In this document: positions 28,673 through 39,420 of the stretch, one piece after another
How positions within the stretch are numbered: position 1 is the first letter of the stretch
Layout: each line of letters starts with the position of its first letter
IMG/VR virus record: IMGVR_UViG_3300012683_000002
Location: 1 to 60,888 of that record
Direction: 5' to 3' (one strand)
DNA: 60,888 nucleotides
Origin: a virus
Lineage: Duplodnaviria; Caudoviricetes
Notes under the pieces: model-generated
The model's input: only the letters and a program-made list of their open reading frames with translations
Database searches by the model: none
What the model was told of the DNA's origin: nothing
Position numbers and translations under genes: made by a program

Positions 28673-29986
28673 ATGCCCACCCAGTACACATGGATTCAAT
28701 ACCTCGCCGCGCGACAAGCCTTAGCCGCGCGATTGGCCGACTCGTCTAACGTCTTCTGGCTTGACTCAGAATTAAAAATCTATTTGCGGGAAGCGCTTAG
28801 AACTTGGAACGCGCTCACCGAGCAGTGGAACGCAGATTTCGCGTTTCAGGCTACCTCCGCAGCCACTTGGTACGATCTCTCTACGTTGCCGGGATCGCCG
28901 CGCGTCCGAACTCTCACAGACACGGAAATTTATAAGGCGATGCAATTTCACTTACTAGAGCCACCAACCGGAGGGACGTGGACGGGATCTAGCCAGTTCT
29001 CGATAGCTGACTTCCAAGGCGCATTGCAACGGCGTAGGGACGAGATGATTCAGGCGTCGGGATGCAATCTGCAATTATTGCCTCCGCTTCCGTCCACGCC
29101 AAATGTGAGACGCACGTTCTTTCCTGACTCGACTTTGGAGCCGCGACGTACCCGATTCATTCCCGGAGCAACTTACGGTTCGCCAATAACCCTGAGCCGC
29201 GAAGATACCTTAGCGTTCGACGCGTTTGAGCCAAACCACTTGCAGAACCCGACACTGCCGAGCGCCTGGAGCGTCATTACCGGGCCTCCGCTCGCAATGG
29301 ATGTCGATTCCGCTCCAAACGTTCCGGGAACATACGATGTCATCTCATTGCAGTCGGGGTTGGTATTCAATCCTCCAGCCAGCACCTTGCTAAGTGTCCC
29401 AGACGATTGGGCGTGGGTCGCCAAATTTGGAGCGCTGGCCGATCTCTTGAGCCGGGATTCCGAAGCAACCGACAGAGCCAGAGCCGATTACTGCCTCTCC
29501 CGATACACGATGGGCCTGAAGATCATGGAAGCGTCAAACTGGCTCGTTTCCGCGACCATCAATGGACTGCCAGTGGATGTGCCGTCAATCCGGGAAATGG
29601 ATGCTTTCTCCTCGGAGTGGCAAGACAACTCGACAGCATGGGCTTCGCTCGTGCAGGCGGGAATGGATTTCTGCGCTCCGTGTCCTGTGCCTTCCGGGAG
29701 CCAAGTGGTAGGTGTTTCAATGATCCTCATCGGAAACGCACCTGTGCCGGTTCTGGATACGGATTACGTGCAGGTGTCAAGGGATGTATTTGACACGGTT
29801 CTCGATTATGCCCAGGTGCTAGCGAGCTTCAAAATGGGCGGCGAAGAGTTCGCGAGTACAAAAGACCTAGAGAAGAATTTCTTCTCCGTGGCACAGGAAA
29901 CGAACAAGAGATTGGCGGCTATGGGCATCTTCAGCGACACGGCGCATTTAGAGGGGCGAAGGCAGAACATCGCGCAGCCGAGATAA
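28673..29986 (+). CDS. Tail adaptor/tubular protein (probable)
   Basis: RLAD....FW.DSEL..YL.EA pattern typical of podovirus adaptor proteins; first gene of the tail block. Confidence 0.6.
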   Translation: MPTQYTWIQYLAARQALAARLADSSNVFWLDSELKIYLREALRTWNALTEQWNADFAFQATSAATWYDLSTLPGSPRVRTLTDTEIYKAMQFHLLEPPTGGTWTGSSQFSIADFQGALQRRRDEMIQASGCNLQLLPPLPSTPNVRRTFFPDSTLEPRRTRFIPGATYGSPITLSREDTLAFDAFEPNHLQNPTLPSAWSVITGPPLAMDVDSAPNVPGTYDVISLQSGLVFNPPASTLLSVPDDWAWVAKFGALADLLSRDSEATDRARADYCLSRYTMGLKIMEASNWLVSATINGLPVDVPSIREMDAFSSEWQDNSTAWASLVQAGMDFCAPCPVPSGSQVVGVSMILIGNAPVPVLDTDYVQVSRDVFDTVLDYAQVLASFKMGGEEFASTKDLEKNFFSVAQETNKRLAAMGIFSDTAHLEGRRQNIAQPR

Positions 29987-32766
29987 TGGCATCCCGATCC
30001 TATCCCCGAGAGAAGCCCGGTCAGCGCATGGCCTTTCATGGCATGAACATTGTGCTGCCGCCAGATGCCGTGCCACAGGGTAAATTCCCGTTCGTAATGA
30101 ACGTCCGGGCCTACATGCGGGATGCCGTGCTCCCTCGTGCCACCCAAGATTCCTCCGTCGTGCAGATGGACAGCGGCCCGGTACACAGTCTCAGAAGGCT
30201 CAACGATAGTACTCCTGCCGGTCCACCAAGCGGCTTCATTCTCGTTGGTGGAGTGGGAACGAATCTCTACGCGAATTCTTCGGTCGTCGATACCGGATTG
30301 AGCGGCAACCCAATTTCCATTATCCCCTTCCGCCCGAATGCCAGCGTGCAGCCGTGGGCCTATATAGGCGACTCGCTGAAAATGGATAAAGTACGGTCGG
30401 ACGGGACACGGTACAAAACAGGAATCAAAGAGCCACAGACGGCACCGACAATCAACTCCAGTTCCACAATCACGGATACGATGTCGCTCTTAGGTCCGGT
30501 AACAACCTACGTCTGGAACATGGCAAACGGAGACTCCAGTTCCGCGAACGGGACACCTTACAACTGGAGAAACGCGAACGATCCTTCTGGTCGTGGAAGG
30601 ATTCAGACTGCCGCAGCCGCATCGCTTGTGGTCAGTGGAAACTCGCTGTCGTTCGATGAAGGCGTGCTCCCACAAGGTTCTTATGCCATCCCTGTGCAGT
30701 GGCGGCAATACACTATCGACTCTGGAGCGGTGAATACCGCAGGCACAGCGGTAACTTGGGTGAGCGGCGACCAGTTTTCGAACATCACCGCTGGGCAGAA
30801 AGTCATCATCAACGCGACAACGTACACGGTCGCAGTCGCTCCCGCGCCAACCAACACAACCTTTTCGGTCACGGTTTCCGCTGGCACGCAGACAAACGTC
30901 AACTACTACGCGAGCGTCAATACTGGAACTTTACCGCTGTACCAACCTGCTTTGAGTCCCGATGGCTACGTTTTCAGCTCCGGCCATGTTGGGACGTTCT
31001 ACGTGCCGGCCGCAGGCACCTACACGATCAGCGGCGTCTACGTGAATGACATCATCATGGGCATCGGCAACTCAGGCCAAGGCACGGCGACTTGGACAAA
31101 CAATGCTCCCATCAGCAATGCTGGACAGAAGATCACGATCATTAAGGGATACCCGCTTTTGCCGAGGACGACACTCATTGACGGCAACGGTTATTCCTAC
31201 GGCACGATGAGCGTGGCGGTTACGTTCTCTGCGGCTGGAAACTATCCTTTTGAAATTGAATGGAACTACGGCAACGACCAATATCACATCCCGGCTCGGA
31301 CGATGTACATCCAAGTCAATGGGAATGACATTACTCCGCTGCCAGTGACCGCGATTACCGGGGCGCAATACCGCTACACTTACCGCTCGTCCGCGACAGG
31401 AGCAACCTCGAATCCTTCGCCCGAAACCGCAGAACAGAATGTGTCAGTGCTTGCGAATACGATTTCAGCGACACCATCGACTGATCCGCAGGTCGATAAG
31501 ATCGACTTCTACCGTATCGACACGGGACTCCAGAATTTTACTTATGTTGGCACAGGTCCAAATTCCACTGCGGCCTTCACTGACACACTGCTCGATACCG
31601 ATGTCGCCAGCAATCCGATTTTGGAATTTGATAACTTCGAGCCCTTCCCGTCGATTGATCTGCCAAGAAAAGGCATCGTTAACGTCTCTGGAGGTATAGC
31701 GACGTGGGTTTCCGGAGACCAATTCAACGTCCGATGGCTACCGGGAACCATCATCGTTGTGGGAACGATAGCTTATACGCTCGACAAGAGACCTACCGAT
31801 TCGACGCATCTGACCGCAACCAACACGGAGATTGTAGGCGGTATTGTCACTGTCGTGCCTTTAGCCAGCGGCTCGAACTTAGTCTACGAGATCGCGGAAC
31901 CGATTCTTGCGGCGCAACCTCTCCCGTATCTCTGGGGTCCAACCGATAACGTCGCATTCTTCTTTGGCGTGGGAGACCCCTTGCGTCCGGGAACGCTCTA
32001 CTGGTCAAAGGGCAATAACCCAGATTCCGCTCCCGACACAAACCAGCAGGATGTAACCTCGCCGAGCGAACCACTGATTAACGGCTGCATTGTCAACGGC
32101 ATTGGGCTGGTGATGTCGTCGGAGCGCGGATTCCTGATTTACCCGAATTTCTTTAATGCCCTGGCGACGGTACAGGGGACCGTAGGCGCGACGTGGACGA
32201 TTCAGGAGTCTATTTCTACCCGAGGGCTCTATATGCCGCGCTGCCTCGCTGTGGACGGCGGCGGCAATGTGTTCTTTCGAGCTAAGGACGGAGTCATGCA
32301 CTCCCCTGGAGGACAGGGAGCAAAGTCGATCACCGACGACGATCTTTATAACTTATTTCCGCACGAAGGCAACATTCCGCAACCAGTGATTCGTGGAGGC
32401 TACACGGTTTACCCGCCCGACGATACCCAGCCGCAGGCGCAAAAGATGAACGTCGCGAACGGGTATCTGTACTACGACTACTTGGACGCGACGAGCATTC
32501 CGCGCACGCTTGTGTTCGACATTGCGGCTATGGGATGGGTGGTCGATCAGTACCAAACCTCGGTCGTTTTGCACATTCTCGAAGAAGGGCCAAACGTGAA
32601 CGGAGTGTTGACCGGATGCGTCGATGGCTCGGTAAGGCCGTTGACCAATACAGGGAATGAAATTGGATGCGCGGTGCTCTTGATGCCATGTGAAACCGCA
32701 GGTGACGTTCGAGCGGAAAAGCACTGGGGCGACATCTATGTGGAAGCTGCGCGGGAGGGGAGTTAG
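29986..32766 (+). CDS. Tail nozzle/stabilisation-like protein with inserted PA14-like domain
   Basis: YRYTYR.S.TG..SNPSP, LYWSK...PD; insert F.VP.AG.YT...ND...GNYPFEIEW resembles PA14. Confidence 0.55.
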   Translation: MASRSYPREKPGQRMAFHGMNIVLPPDAVPQGKFPFVMNVRAYMRDAVLPRATQDSSVVQMDSGPVHSLRRLNDSTPAGPPSGFILVGGVGTNLYANSSVVDTGLSGNPISIIPFRPNASVQPWAYIGDSLKMDKVRSDGTRYKTGIKEPQTAPTINSSSTITDTMSLLGPVTTYVWNMANGDSSSANGTPYNWRNANDPSGRGRIQTAAAASLVVSGNSLSFDEGVLPQGSYAIPVQWRQYTIDSGAVNTAGTAVTWVSGDQFSNITAGQKVIINATTYTVAVAPAPTNTTFSVTVSAGTQTNVNYYASVNTGTLPLYQPALSPDGYVFSSGHVGTFYVPAAGTYTISGVYVNDIIMGIGNSGQGTATWTNNAPISNAGQKITIIKGYPLLPRTTLIDGNGYSYGTMSVAVTFSAAGNYPFEIEWNYGNDQYHIPARTMYIQVNGNDITPLPVTAITGAQYRYTYRSSATGATSNPSPETAEQNVSVLANTISATPSTDPQVDKIDFYRIDTGLQNFTYVGTGPNSTAAFTDTLLDTDVASNPILEFDNFEPFPSIDLPRKGIVNVSGGIATWVSGDQFNVRWLPGTIIVVGTIAYTLDKRPTDSTHLTATNTEIVGGIVTVVPLASGSNLVYEIAEPILAAQPLPYLWGPTDNVAFFFGVGDPLRPGTLYWSKGNNPDSAPDTNQQDVTSPSEPLINGCIVNGIGLVMSSERGFLIYPNFFNALATVQGTVGATWTIQESISTRGLYMPRCLAVDGGGNVFFRAKDGVMHSPGGQGAKSITDDDLYNLFPHEGNIPQPVIRGGYTVYPPDDTQPQAQKMNVANGYLYYDYLDATSIPRTLVFDIAAMGWVVDQYQTSVVLHILEEGPNVNGVLTGCVDGSVRPLTNTGNEIGCAVLLMPCETAGDVRAEKHWGDIYVEAAREGS

Positions 32767-34314
32767 ATGACGATTAACCCCATTCTTCTCTTTGGTTCCC
32801 AAACTGGAGCGGTTGGTAGTTTCACGTTTTTTCCGCAATGGGTGGAGTTGGGCGTCACTTCACTGTGGTTAGAGCCCGATATTGGAACGAATGTCGCTCC
32901 CGTTCCCGGTAGCCAACTCATTGCGTTGATGACCGCTTTTAGTGCCTTCGGCGGCGTTCCGGGAATCAGCGACAGCAACGCAAATGCGTGGAACACGTTG
33001 CAATTATATCCAGTCAACGGTCAAGGGATAGGCGCGTTTTCGGCTATAGCGAATAGTAGTGTTGCTCCCGATACGATTAATTTTGCCACTGGCGCATGGG
33101 GCGCAAACGCTTGCTACCTTGTTTTAGATATTGACGCGTCTATCGGTTCTTTTACAACTGCCTTCGCCACCAGTGCCGGAGGAAGCATCTCCGCAACTAC
33201 GGCGAGTGGATACACTCTAACGCTTCCGTGCTCTGGTGATTCGCAATTACTGATCCTGGAATGGGGTGGAGGGGTCGCGGGACAAACCTACCGTTTGGCA
33301 TGGCTCCTTGGGCAAGAAAATAACACCACTGGCCAAGCTGGATGGACGCGAGTTGATAATCTGTACACCTATCCGGGCGATGGATTCCTCTTAGGGCGCG
33401 GACTCTGGGTGTATAACGATCTCGTCAGCACCGGGAATATCGTTGTCAAGAAAGCGACAGCTCCACCCGGTTCACCGCAGAGTTTCACTTTCACTCCCAG
33501 TTACGGTGCTCCATTCTCTCTTACCGATGGCCAGTCGAACGATAGCGGCCAAATCGAAGCAGGGACATATTCGGTTGCGGAAACCCCGATGGCTGACTGG
33601 ACGACCACTGTCAGTCAAGACCCTACGGCAATCGTCCTCGGCCACGGCAAAACAGTCACGGTCACATTCACCAATTCAAAGATTCCGCCCTGCGCTCCAC
33701 TGAATGTCTTGGGCGCTCCCGTCAACGGAGTGTTCGTCGATGACCTTAGCCTTTTCATCATTCCTGCGACCGCGCTGTACGATTCGCTCACTCCAAATTC
33801 ACAGTTACAACTTTCCGAAACCGCCAACCAAGGAAGACGCGAGATCATCGTCAATTTCAACGGCAGTGAAGGTATGTGGAAACGGGACTTGGGGACCATC
33901 TTCACTTGGCCGCTGAAATCGAAAACCGCGCTCTACGTGTGGCAGCCATCCATTATTCCTTTTCCTATGGGCGACGATGTTTACTATCGCCTAAGCTTCC
34001 ACGCCTTGATGAGCAGTTTGGGAATGGTTGGGTGGGCGCATGTCCGCGAGATGAATATCGCGCACTTATCGACCGCCAATCTAACGCTACTTCTGTCGTT
34101 TGATCAGGGGCCGCCGATCTCGTTGACGATCCCTAATTCTGGCGGTCTGTACGCAAAAACCAAAGTAACAATACCGGCGAATAAATGGAAAATGGTGGAA
34201 GTGCTGATTTCCTCAGCCACGCCGTTCAAACTCTTCGGCTCCGATCTCGAAATGAAGTGTAGGCAGTGGGGAAGCACTGAGGCTTATCGCGTTCTGAAGC
34301 CGGTGGTCGATTAA
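32767..34314 (+). CDS. Tail protein with prealbumin-like (SpaA-type) insert
   Basis: IVVKKAT.P....SFTFT...FSLTDG.....AGTYSVAET....W....VTVTFTN. Confidence 0.55.
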   Translation: MTINPILLFGSQTGAVGSFTFFPQWVELGVTSLWLEPDIGTNVAPVPGSQLIALMTAFSAFGGVPGISDSNANAWNTLQLYPVNGQGIGAFSAIANSSVAPDTINFATGAWGANACYLVLDIDASIGSFTTAFATSAGGSISATTASGYTLTLPCSGDSQLLILEWGGGVAGQTYRLAWLLGQENNTTGQAGWTRVDNLYTYPGDGFLLGRGLWVYNDLVSTGNIVVKKATAPPGSPQSFTFTPSYGAPFSLTDGQSNDSGQIEAGTYSVAETPMADWTTTVSQDPTAIVLGHGKTVTVTFTNSKIPPCAPLNVLGAPVNGVFVDDLSLFIIPATALYDSLTPNSQLQLSETANQGRREIIVNFNGSEGMWKRDLGTIFTWPLKSKTALYVWQPSIIPFPMGDDVYYRLSFHALMSSLGMVGWAHVREMNIAHLSTANLTLLLSFDQGPPISLTIPNSGGLYAKTKVTIPANKWKMVEVLISSATPFKLFGSDLEMKCRQWGSTEAYRVLKPVVD

Positions 34315-35121
34315 ATGAGCACGAATCTGCCTTCGTTTCGGCTTCCTTTCACGCTCCCGGATGACGTGCATCCTGCGGTCAAGGATGCCATGCGGCTTAC
34401 CTACCAAGGCGTAGTCGATCTCAACCAAGCGATTGCGGCCTTAAATCCAAAAGTCACTTCCAATACGAGCGCAATCGCCTCGGCCTTAGCATCCATCAAC
34501 ATCATCAATGCGGCTGCCAGCGGCACGACTCCTCCACTGCCAAGCTCAGGCATGGTCAACCAGCAGTCCGGGACAACGTATTCCCTACGGAACAGTGACT
34601 TTGGGAAGCTCGTCGTTTTGAATAACGCCGCACCGGTCGCAGTGACGCTCGATGCTGGGTTGGTCACGGTGCCGTTTTATTGCGTCATCGAGAACGTCGG
34701 AGCGGGGATAGCAACGCTGATCCCAGCCACGGGAACGGTCAACAATATCGGTTCGGAGACGATTGCTCCAGGTGGCTCGGCTCTCATCTTTTTCGATGGC
34801 ATCAATTTCTGGATGACCACCATGCCTCCGCAGACCTTCGCGGCGGTGACGAATGAATGGATCTACAGCTACGACGCGAGAACGGGACTGTTCGCGGCAA
34901 AGCAGCCGTGCGCCAGGAATTTATGCGATAGCACGACGGGAAGCGGACACGTCGTACTTGACAGCGGTCCAACGATAAACAATGGAACCTTTACGGGAGT
35001 CACGAGTTTGCCGGGATTGCAGATATTCGCGAACAACAGTGCAGCAATCTCTGGTGGGCTCGTAGCAGGCAATCTTTACAGGACTGGGGCTAACCCAGAT
35101 TTTATTGCGGTGGTCCACTAG
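34315..35121 (+). CDS. Short tail-fibre-like protein
   Basis: N-terminal coiled coil; VNQQSGTTYSL..SD.GKLV...AVT fibre motif; C-terminal FANN.AA..GGL..G.LYRTG motif. Confidence 0.6.
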   Translation: MSTNLPSFRLPFTLPDDVHPAVKDAMRLTYQGVVDLNQAIAALNPKVTSNTSAIASALASINIINAAASGTTPPLPSSGMVNQQSGTTYSLRNSDFGKLVVLNNAAPVAVTLDAGLVTVPFYCVIENVGAGIATLIPATGTVNNIGSETIAPGGSALIFFDGINFWMTTMPPQTFAAVTNEWIYSYDARTGLFAAKQPCARNLCDSTTGSGHVVLDSGPTINNGTFTGVTSLPGLQIFANNSAAISGGLVAGNLYRTGANPDFIAVVH

Positions 35122-35153
35122 GTTAGTAGCGCATAATGGTGCGGAGGGAAGCT

Positions 35154-35831
35154 ATGTTACACAATTTGATTCTTTCGTTGTTGCGCCATCTGATGCTTTC
35201 AGGGACGCAGTTCTTCTTCGGGGTGGGTGAGGGTCCAAGCAGTGCCGAGAAATCACAGTACGGCGCGATTGGTGCGACCGCCAACTTTGCGACATCGGAA
35301 GGAATGGCGGATATTGGAGCCTCGGATAAGTTCTGGCGTGCTATCCTCAGTGGCGATCCGGGCCAGATTTCTAGTGTGCTCGGGCCAGCGATCAGCACAG
35401 CCAATCGGCAGGGGCAAGAAGCAAAGAGAACCGCATCCGAGTTTGGCACCCGCAGCGGCGGTACAGCGGCCGGCAACCAGATGACGGACGACAAGACACG
35501 TTCGGACGTTGAAGGCTTGATAGCCCATCTAACTGGACAAGCCGCTGGCGCTCTTGGCTCGCAAGGCAGTGGGCTATTAAGCACTGGCTTGAGCGGACAC
35601 GAAGCTGCCTTTGACGCTTCCAAGACTATGCACGATCAAAACCTCGCGAAGTGGAATGACATCTTCAAAAGCACGGCGGACGTTGCAGGAGCTGCATTCA
35701 CTGGTGGCGCAGGCGCTGCCGCAGGCGGAGCGGCGGCATTCCCGAATATGTCTCCCGGTATGATCTCTGGAGCCTACGGTGGGCCAACCAGCGCTCCTAC
35801 GACGACAAGCGATCTCGGCTGGAGTCTGTAA
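35154..35831 (+). CDS. Internal virion/ejection (pilot-like) protein with N-terminal leader
   Basis: RBS GGAGGG; Gly/Ala/Ser-rich; positioned after the tail genes. Confidence 0.6.
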   Translation: MLHNLILSLLRHLMLSGTQFFFGVGEGPSSAEKSQYGAIGATANFATSEGMADIGASDKFWRAILSGDPGQISSVLGPAISTANRQGQEAKRTASEFGTRSGGTAAGNQMTDDKTRSDVEGLIAHLTGQAAGALGSQGSGLLSTGLSGHEAAFDASKTMHDQNLAKWNDIFKSTADVAGAAFTGGAGAAAGGAAAFPNMSPGMISGAYGGPTSAPTTTSDLGWSL

Positions 35832-37243
35832 TGGCATTCCTCGAAAATCTCGCAGAGGGTTTCGCGCAAGCGGCTGGCTCTACTGGCACAGTCAACCGAA
35901 TCGAAAAGCAGAAGTCCGACCGCCAAGCGAACTCGCAGGAAGAGTTGCACGGGCGCACGCAGATGATCTTGAATGACGTGCAGGGCGTACAACAGAAGAT
36001 TGCCGCCATTGATCCAAACGATCCTAGCGCTCCGCAGAAACGAGCGCAGTACCAAAAGGAACTGGGCTCGCTGCAACAGGTATTCACCGACCTTTATCAT
36101 CCAGTCAAAAATCCGGGAGCGTTGCAGCAGTTAGGCGGAATTCTTAACCGGATACGCGGCAAGCAGACGCCACAGGCTCCGAGTGGTCCCAGCATGACCG
36201 AGCGCATGGCGCAGGCGAATGTCTACGGTGCGGGCGCCGGACAGCCAGCGCAACCGGACAAGATGGCCGAGGTTAAGAAAGCGTACAAAGCTGCGTTCGG
36301 TGCCGACATACCGGACGAACAGGCGCAAAAGTTTTTCAATCATCTCTACGGCGGGGCTCCGCTTGAACCGAAACCCGAAGCGGAGAATTGGGTTCCGGCT
36401 GCGGTCAAATTTTCTGACGGCACAGAAGCGACATTGCAGCGCAATTCTAAAACGGGTGAGTGGACCGATCTTGCGGGTAACCCTGTTCCAAAAGAGAAAT
36501 TATCGACTGCGACGGTCACGCCGAAAACTACCGGGCAGCCAAAAGTAGCGTGGAAGAGATTGCCAAACGGACGCTACGTCTCGATGCAGTTGGATGCGAA
36601 CAATCACTTCAAACCGGGGACGGAGAATTACGATCAGGCTCCCCCGGCGAGCATTACGGGTCGCATCTCAACGGGGCAGTTTCACTTTGTTGACGAAAAG
36701 GGACAAGTCCACGAGGTTCAAGAAACCCGCACTTCGATGCCCGCTGGTAGTGCTCCTTCCGCTGCTGGTAAGCAAGGAACGAAAACTGCCGGGGAACAGA
36801 AAAGGGATCTGAACGATAAAGTGATTGGCTTCAAGGGCAACAAAGATTACAACGAGACGAAACAGGGCTACGAGGGTGCCGTAGACCGTACCGACACGAT
36901 GGAAAAGAACCTGACGAACGCTTTGCAAGGCGATCAGCAGGCAATGCTCTCTCTAGTCGCAAATCACATTGGCATGACGCTCGGAACCCAGAAGGGCGCT
37001 CGCATCACCCGTGCCGTCTGGGATGAAGCGGTGGAGTCAGCGCCTTGGCTGGCAAGGGCAGCATCGCGCTTCGATGCTCGTGGTTATTTGACTGGAGTAA
37101 CGCTCACTCCAGAGCAGATGAAACAAATGGTGCGCTTAGCGCACGAGAAAACGCAGACGTTAAAAGAGCACCTTGATCGTCTCAATCAGGAGCGGGGTGG
37201 TTCACCTTCCGACAAGAAAGATGACCCGTTAGGTATTCTTTAA
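35831..37243 (+). CDS. Internal virion/ejection protein
   Basis: MAFLENLAEGFAQAAG start, Gln-rich helices; TAATG coupling. Confidence 0.6.
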   Translation: MAFLENLAEGFAQAAGSTGTVNRIEKQKSDRQANSQEELHGRTQMILNDVQGVQQKIAAIDPNDPSAPQKRAQYQKELGSLQQVFTDLYHPVKNPGALQQLGGILNRIRGKQTPQAPSGPSMTERMAQANVYGAGAGQPAQPDKMAEVKKAYKAAFGADIPDEQAQKFFNHLYGGAPLEPKPEAENWVPAAVKFSDGTEATLQRNSKTGEWTDLAGNPVPKEKLSTATVTPKTTGQPKVAWKRLPNGRYVSMQLDANNHFKPGTENYDQAPPASITGRISTGQFHFVDEKGQVHEVQETRTSMPAGSAPSAAGKQGTKTAGEQKRDLNDKVIGFKGNKDYNETKQGYEGAVDRTDTMEKNLTNALQGDQQAMLSLVANHIGMTLGTQKGARITRAVWDEAVESAPWLARAASRFDARGYLTGVTLTPEQMKQMVRLAHEKTQTLKEHLDRLNQERGGSPSDKKDDPLGIL

Positions 37244-39420
37244 TGCCCGATGATCTGATGTCTCCAGAACAGTTTGCGGCCTCGGCAAAGAAGAAGTACC
37301 CGCAGTACGCTGGCATTCCTGACGCCGAGTTAGTCAAAAAAATCACAGCTAAGTATCCTCAGTATAGATCGAAGATTCGCCAAGATCCGCTTCCAAACGC
37401 TAGACTAGCGCCTGCGTCTGGTGCTCCATCTTCTATGTCGATGAAAACCGGCGAAGGTCCGATTGCGACAAACCTTACCTCGTTTGAGAGCCAGCTATCG
37501 CAGTTGCCAAAAGCCTCAGTACAACTATTACTGGCTAAGCATTGGCCGATTGTCGATGCCAAAAACTATTCTGAACTTTGGAACGACATCAAATCCCTGA
37601 ATCCCGTCATGCGCCAGTACGAGGGTGGTCCGGTCGATCCCGGTGCGACGGCGGCAAACCTCTTACCTATGCTGGTGGACGCGAAAGGTATGGTCGGGAA
37701 GGCAGGGGATGTAATTAAGGACGTGGCCAGGGTTCCGGCAGAGGGTACTCGGAAGGCATTAACGACACTTGCTGGCGCGGGTCCAGAGAGAACGACCGAG
37801 CCGCTAGTCGAAGAATTCAAAACGAAATCCGCGGAAGCAAAGAAAGCGCAGGGTGCGGAAAACGAGAAGACAGTCGCCGCCAATCGGCAAGGGGAACAGA
37901 CTTATCACGACAAACTGAGTAAGACGTTCGACGAAGCGAAGCAGGATCAGATTGAACAGCACCGCGCACGCACAGACGTGGAGGAGAGGAATCAGGCAGC
38001 CCAAGTCGAACAGGGACACCGAGCAGAACTCGCCACGCAGATCAATCAAGGCAGTAAACAATTCGGCGAGGGCGTCAAGGAGTTAGCTAGAAACGTAAAG
38101 GCAAAACAGATTGACCCGCAGTACGCCAGAATCAGGGAAGCAACCGCCAGTGATCCTGGTGAGCCACTCGCTGCGATTGCCGGAGAAGCGCGAGAAGCTG
38201 AGCGGCTCATTACAGGTTCGTCGGAGAATATAAAACAGTTTCGCGAGTTACTACATAAAGCCCCTGAAACAGAAGGCGTGCAGACGAGTGCCGGATTCAC
38301 GGTTCCCGGAGATCCACTGTACGAACAACTTGTCACTGAAGGCGCGATTGATACTGGAGGGAATCTTTCCTACTCCGACATTCACGGCTACGCCTCAGAA
38401 CTTGGAGCAAAGTTACGCCAAGGCGGTTTGCCATCCGATATTTACCGCGCCATCAAACATCTGAAGGATAAACTCGATTCCCGTCAGCAGACGATTGCAG
38501 AGAGAAACGGCGTGGGCAGTCTCCAGACGAAAGCCGATTCCGACTACACGCATTACCAAGACACATTCTTCGATAAGCCGAGCGCAATCGCTGACACCTT
38601 AGCGCGAGTAGGGAAGCTTGACCCGGAGCACTATGCAGCGCCAGTCATCTCAGGCAAGGCCGCACAGTTGGGAATCCTACGATTGCAGCATTACGCTAAG
38701 GACTTTCCCGAGGCGAACCGTCTCGCTACGCAAGCGAAGTCGCTTCGGCAAAAAGCTGCGGAATTTAAGGTGCTCCCGAAAAAAGCAAAACTTACCGACG
38801 TTCCACAGCAACTTATTCCAGTCCCAAAGTCACTCCCGGAATTGGAAGTGAAAACGCCCAAACAGATCGAGCAACCCAAAACTCCCATTCTCGAAGATGT
38901 TAGGGAGCGAAAGACGAAAGAAGTTAAGAGCGAAGCACGGGAGATTGGTAGGTTGAACCGTTATGACGCGACCCTCCTTGCTGGCTCAGCGATTGGCCCG
39001 TTCTTTGGACGCTGGGAAACGTTGCTCATTGATCCCGCTTACCTTGTCGCGCGTAAATCGTTAGGGAAGATGCTCAATCGTCCCGCAGTGCTAAAGTGGC
39101 TCGCGGAACCATCGCTGGAGGACATCCGAATCCTGAATACGTTGCCGCCCGAAGCCAAGGCAGAGATCGCCGGCAAGATGGCCTCTTTCATTGCACAGGA
39201 AAGAAAACCAGTACCGCTCAACCCTGCCACCAAACGCTTCCTTGGTCCCGTGGCGCTCTCGGCGATTGACACCGCTGCAATGAACAAAAGACAGACTCCC
39301 GATACCGCAAGAGACGTAATGCGGGATCTCAAAGGCAAGCCACCCGGACAGCAGAAGAAGGATCTCGCAGACATTCAGCGGAAATACTCCAACCCCATGA
39401 TGCCCGTGGGCCCGGAGTGA
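37243..39420 (+). CDS. Large internal virion/ejection protein
   Basis: K.KYPQY....D.EL...I..KYPQY N-terminal motif common in ejection proteins; 725 aa, helical. Confidence 0.6.
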   Translation: MPDDLMSPEQFAASAKKKYPQYAGIPDAELVKKITAKYPQYRSKIRQDPLPNARLAPASGAPSSMSMKTGEGPIATNLTSFESQLSQLPKASVQLLLAKHWPIVDAKNYSELWNDIKSLNPVMRQYEGGPVDPGATAANLLPMLVDAKGMVGKAGDVIKDVARVPAEGTRKALTTLAGAGPERTTEPLVEEFKTKSAEAKKAQGAENEKTVAANRQGEQTYHDKLSKTFDEAKQDQIEQHRARTDVEERNQAAQVEQGHRAELATQINQGSKQFGEGVKELARNVKAKQIDPQYARIREATASDPGEPLAAIAGEAREAERLITGSSENIKQFRELLHKAPETEGVQTSAGFTVPGDPLYEQLVTEGAIDTGGNLSYSDIHGYASELGAKLRQGGLPSDIYRAIKHLKDKLDSRQQTIAERNGVGSLQTKADSDYTHYQDTFFDKPSAIADTLARVGKLDPEHYAAPVISGKAAQLGILRLQHYAKDFPEANRLATQAKSLRQKAAEFKVLPKKAKLTDVPQQLIPVPKSLPELEVKTPKQIEQPKTPILEDVRERKTKEVKSEAREIGRLNRYDATLLAGSAIGPFFGRWETLLIDPAYLVARKSLGKMLNRPAVLKWLAEPSLEDIRILNTLPPEAKAEIAGKMASFIAQERKPVPLNPATKRFLGPVALSAIDTAAMNKRQTPDTARDVMRDLKGKPPGQQKKDLADIQRKYSNPMMPVGPE

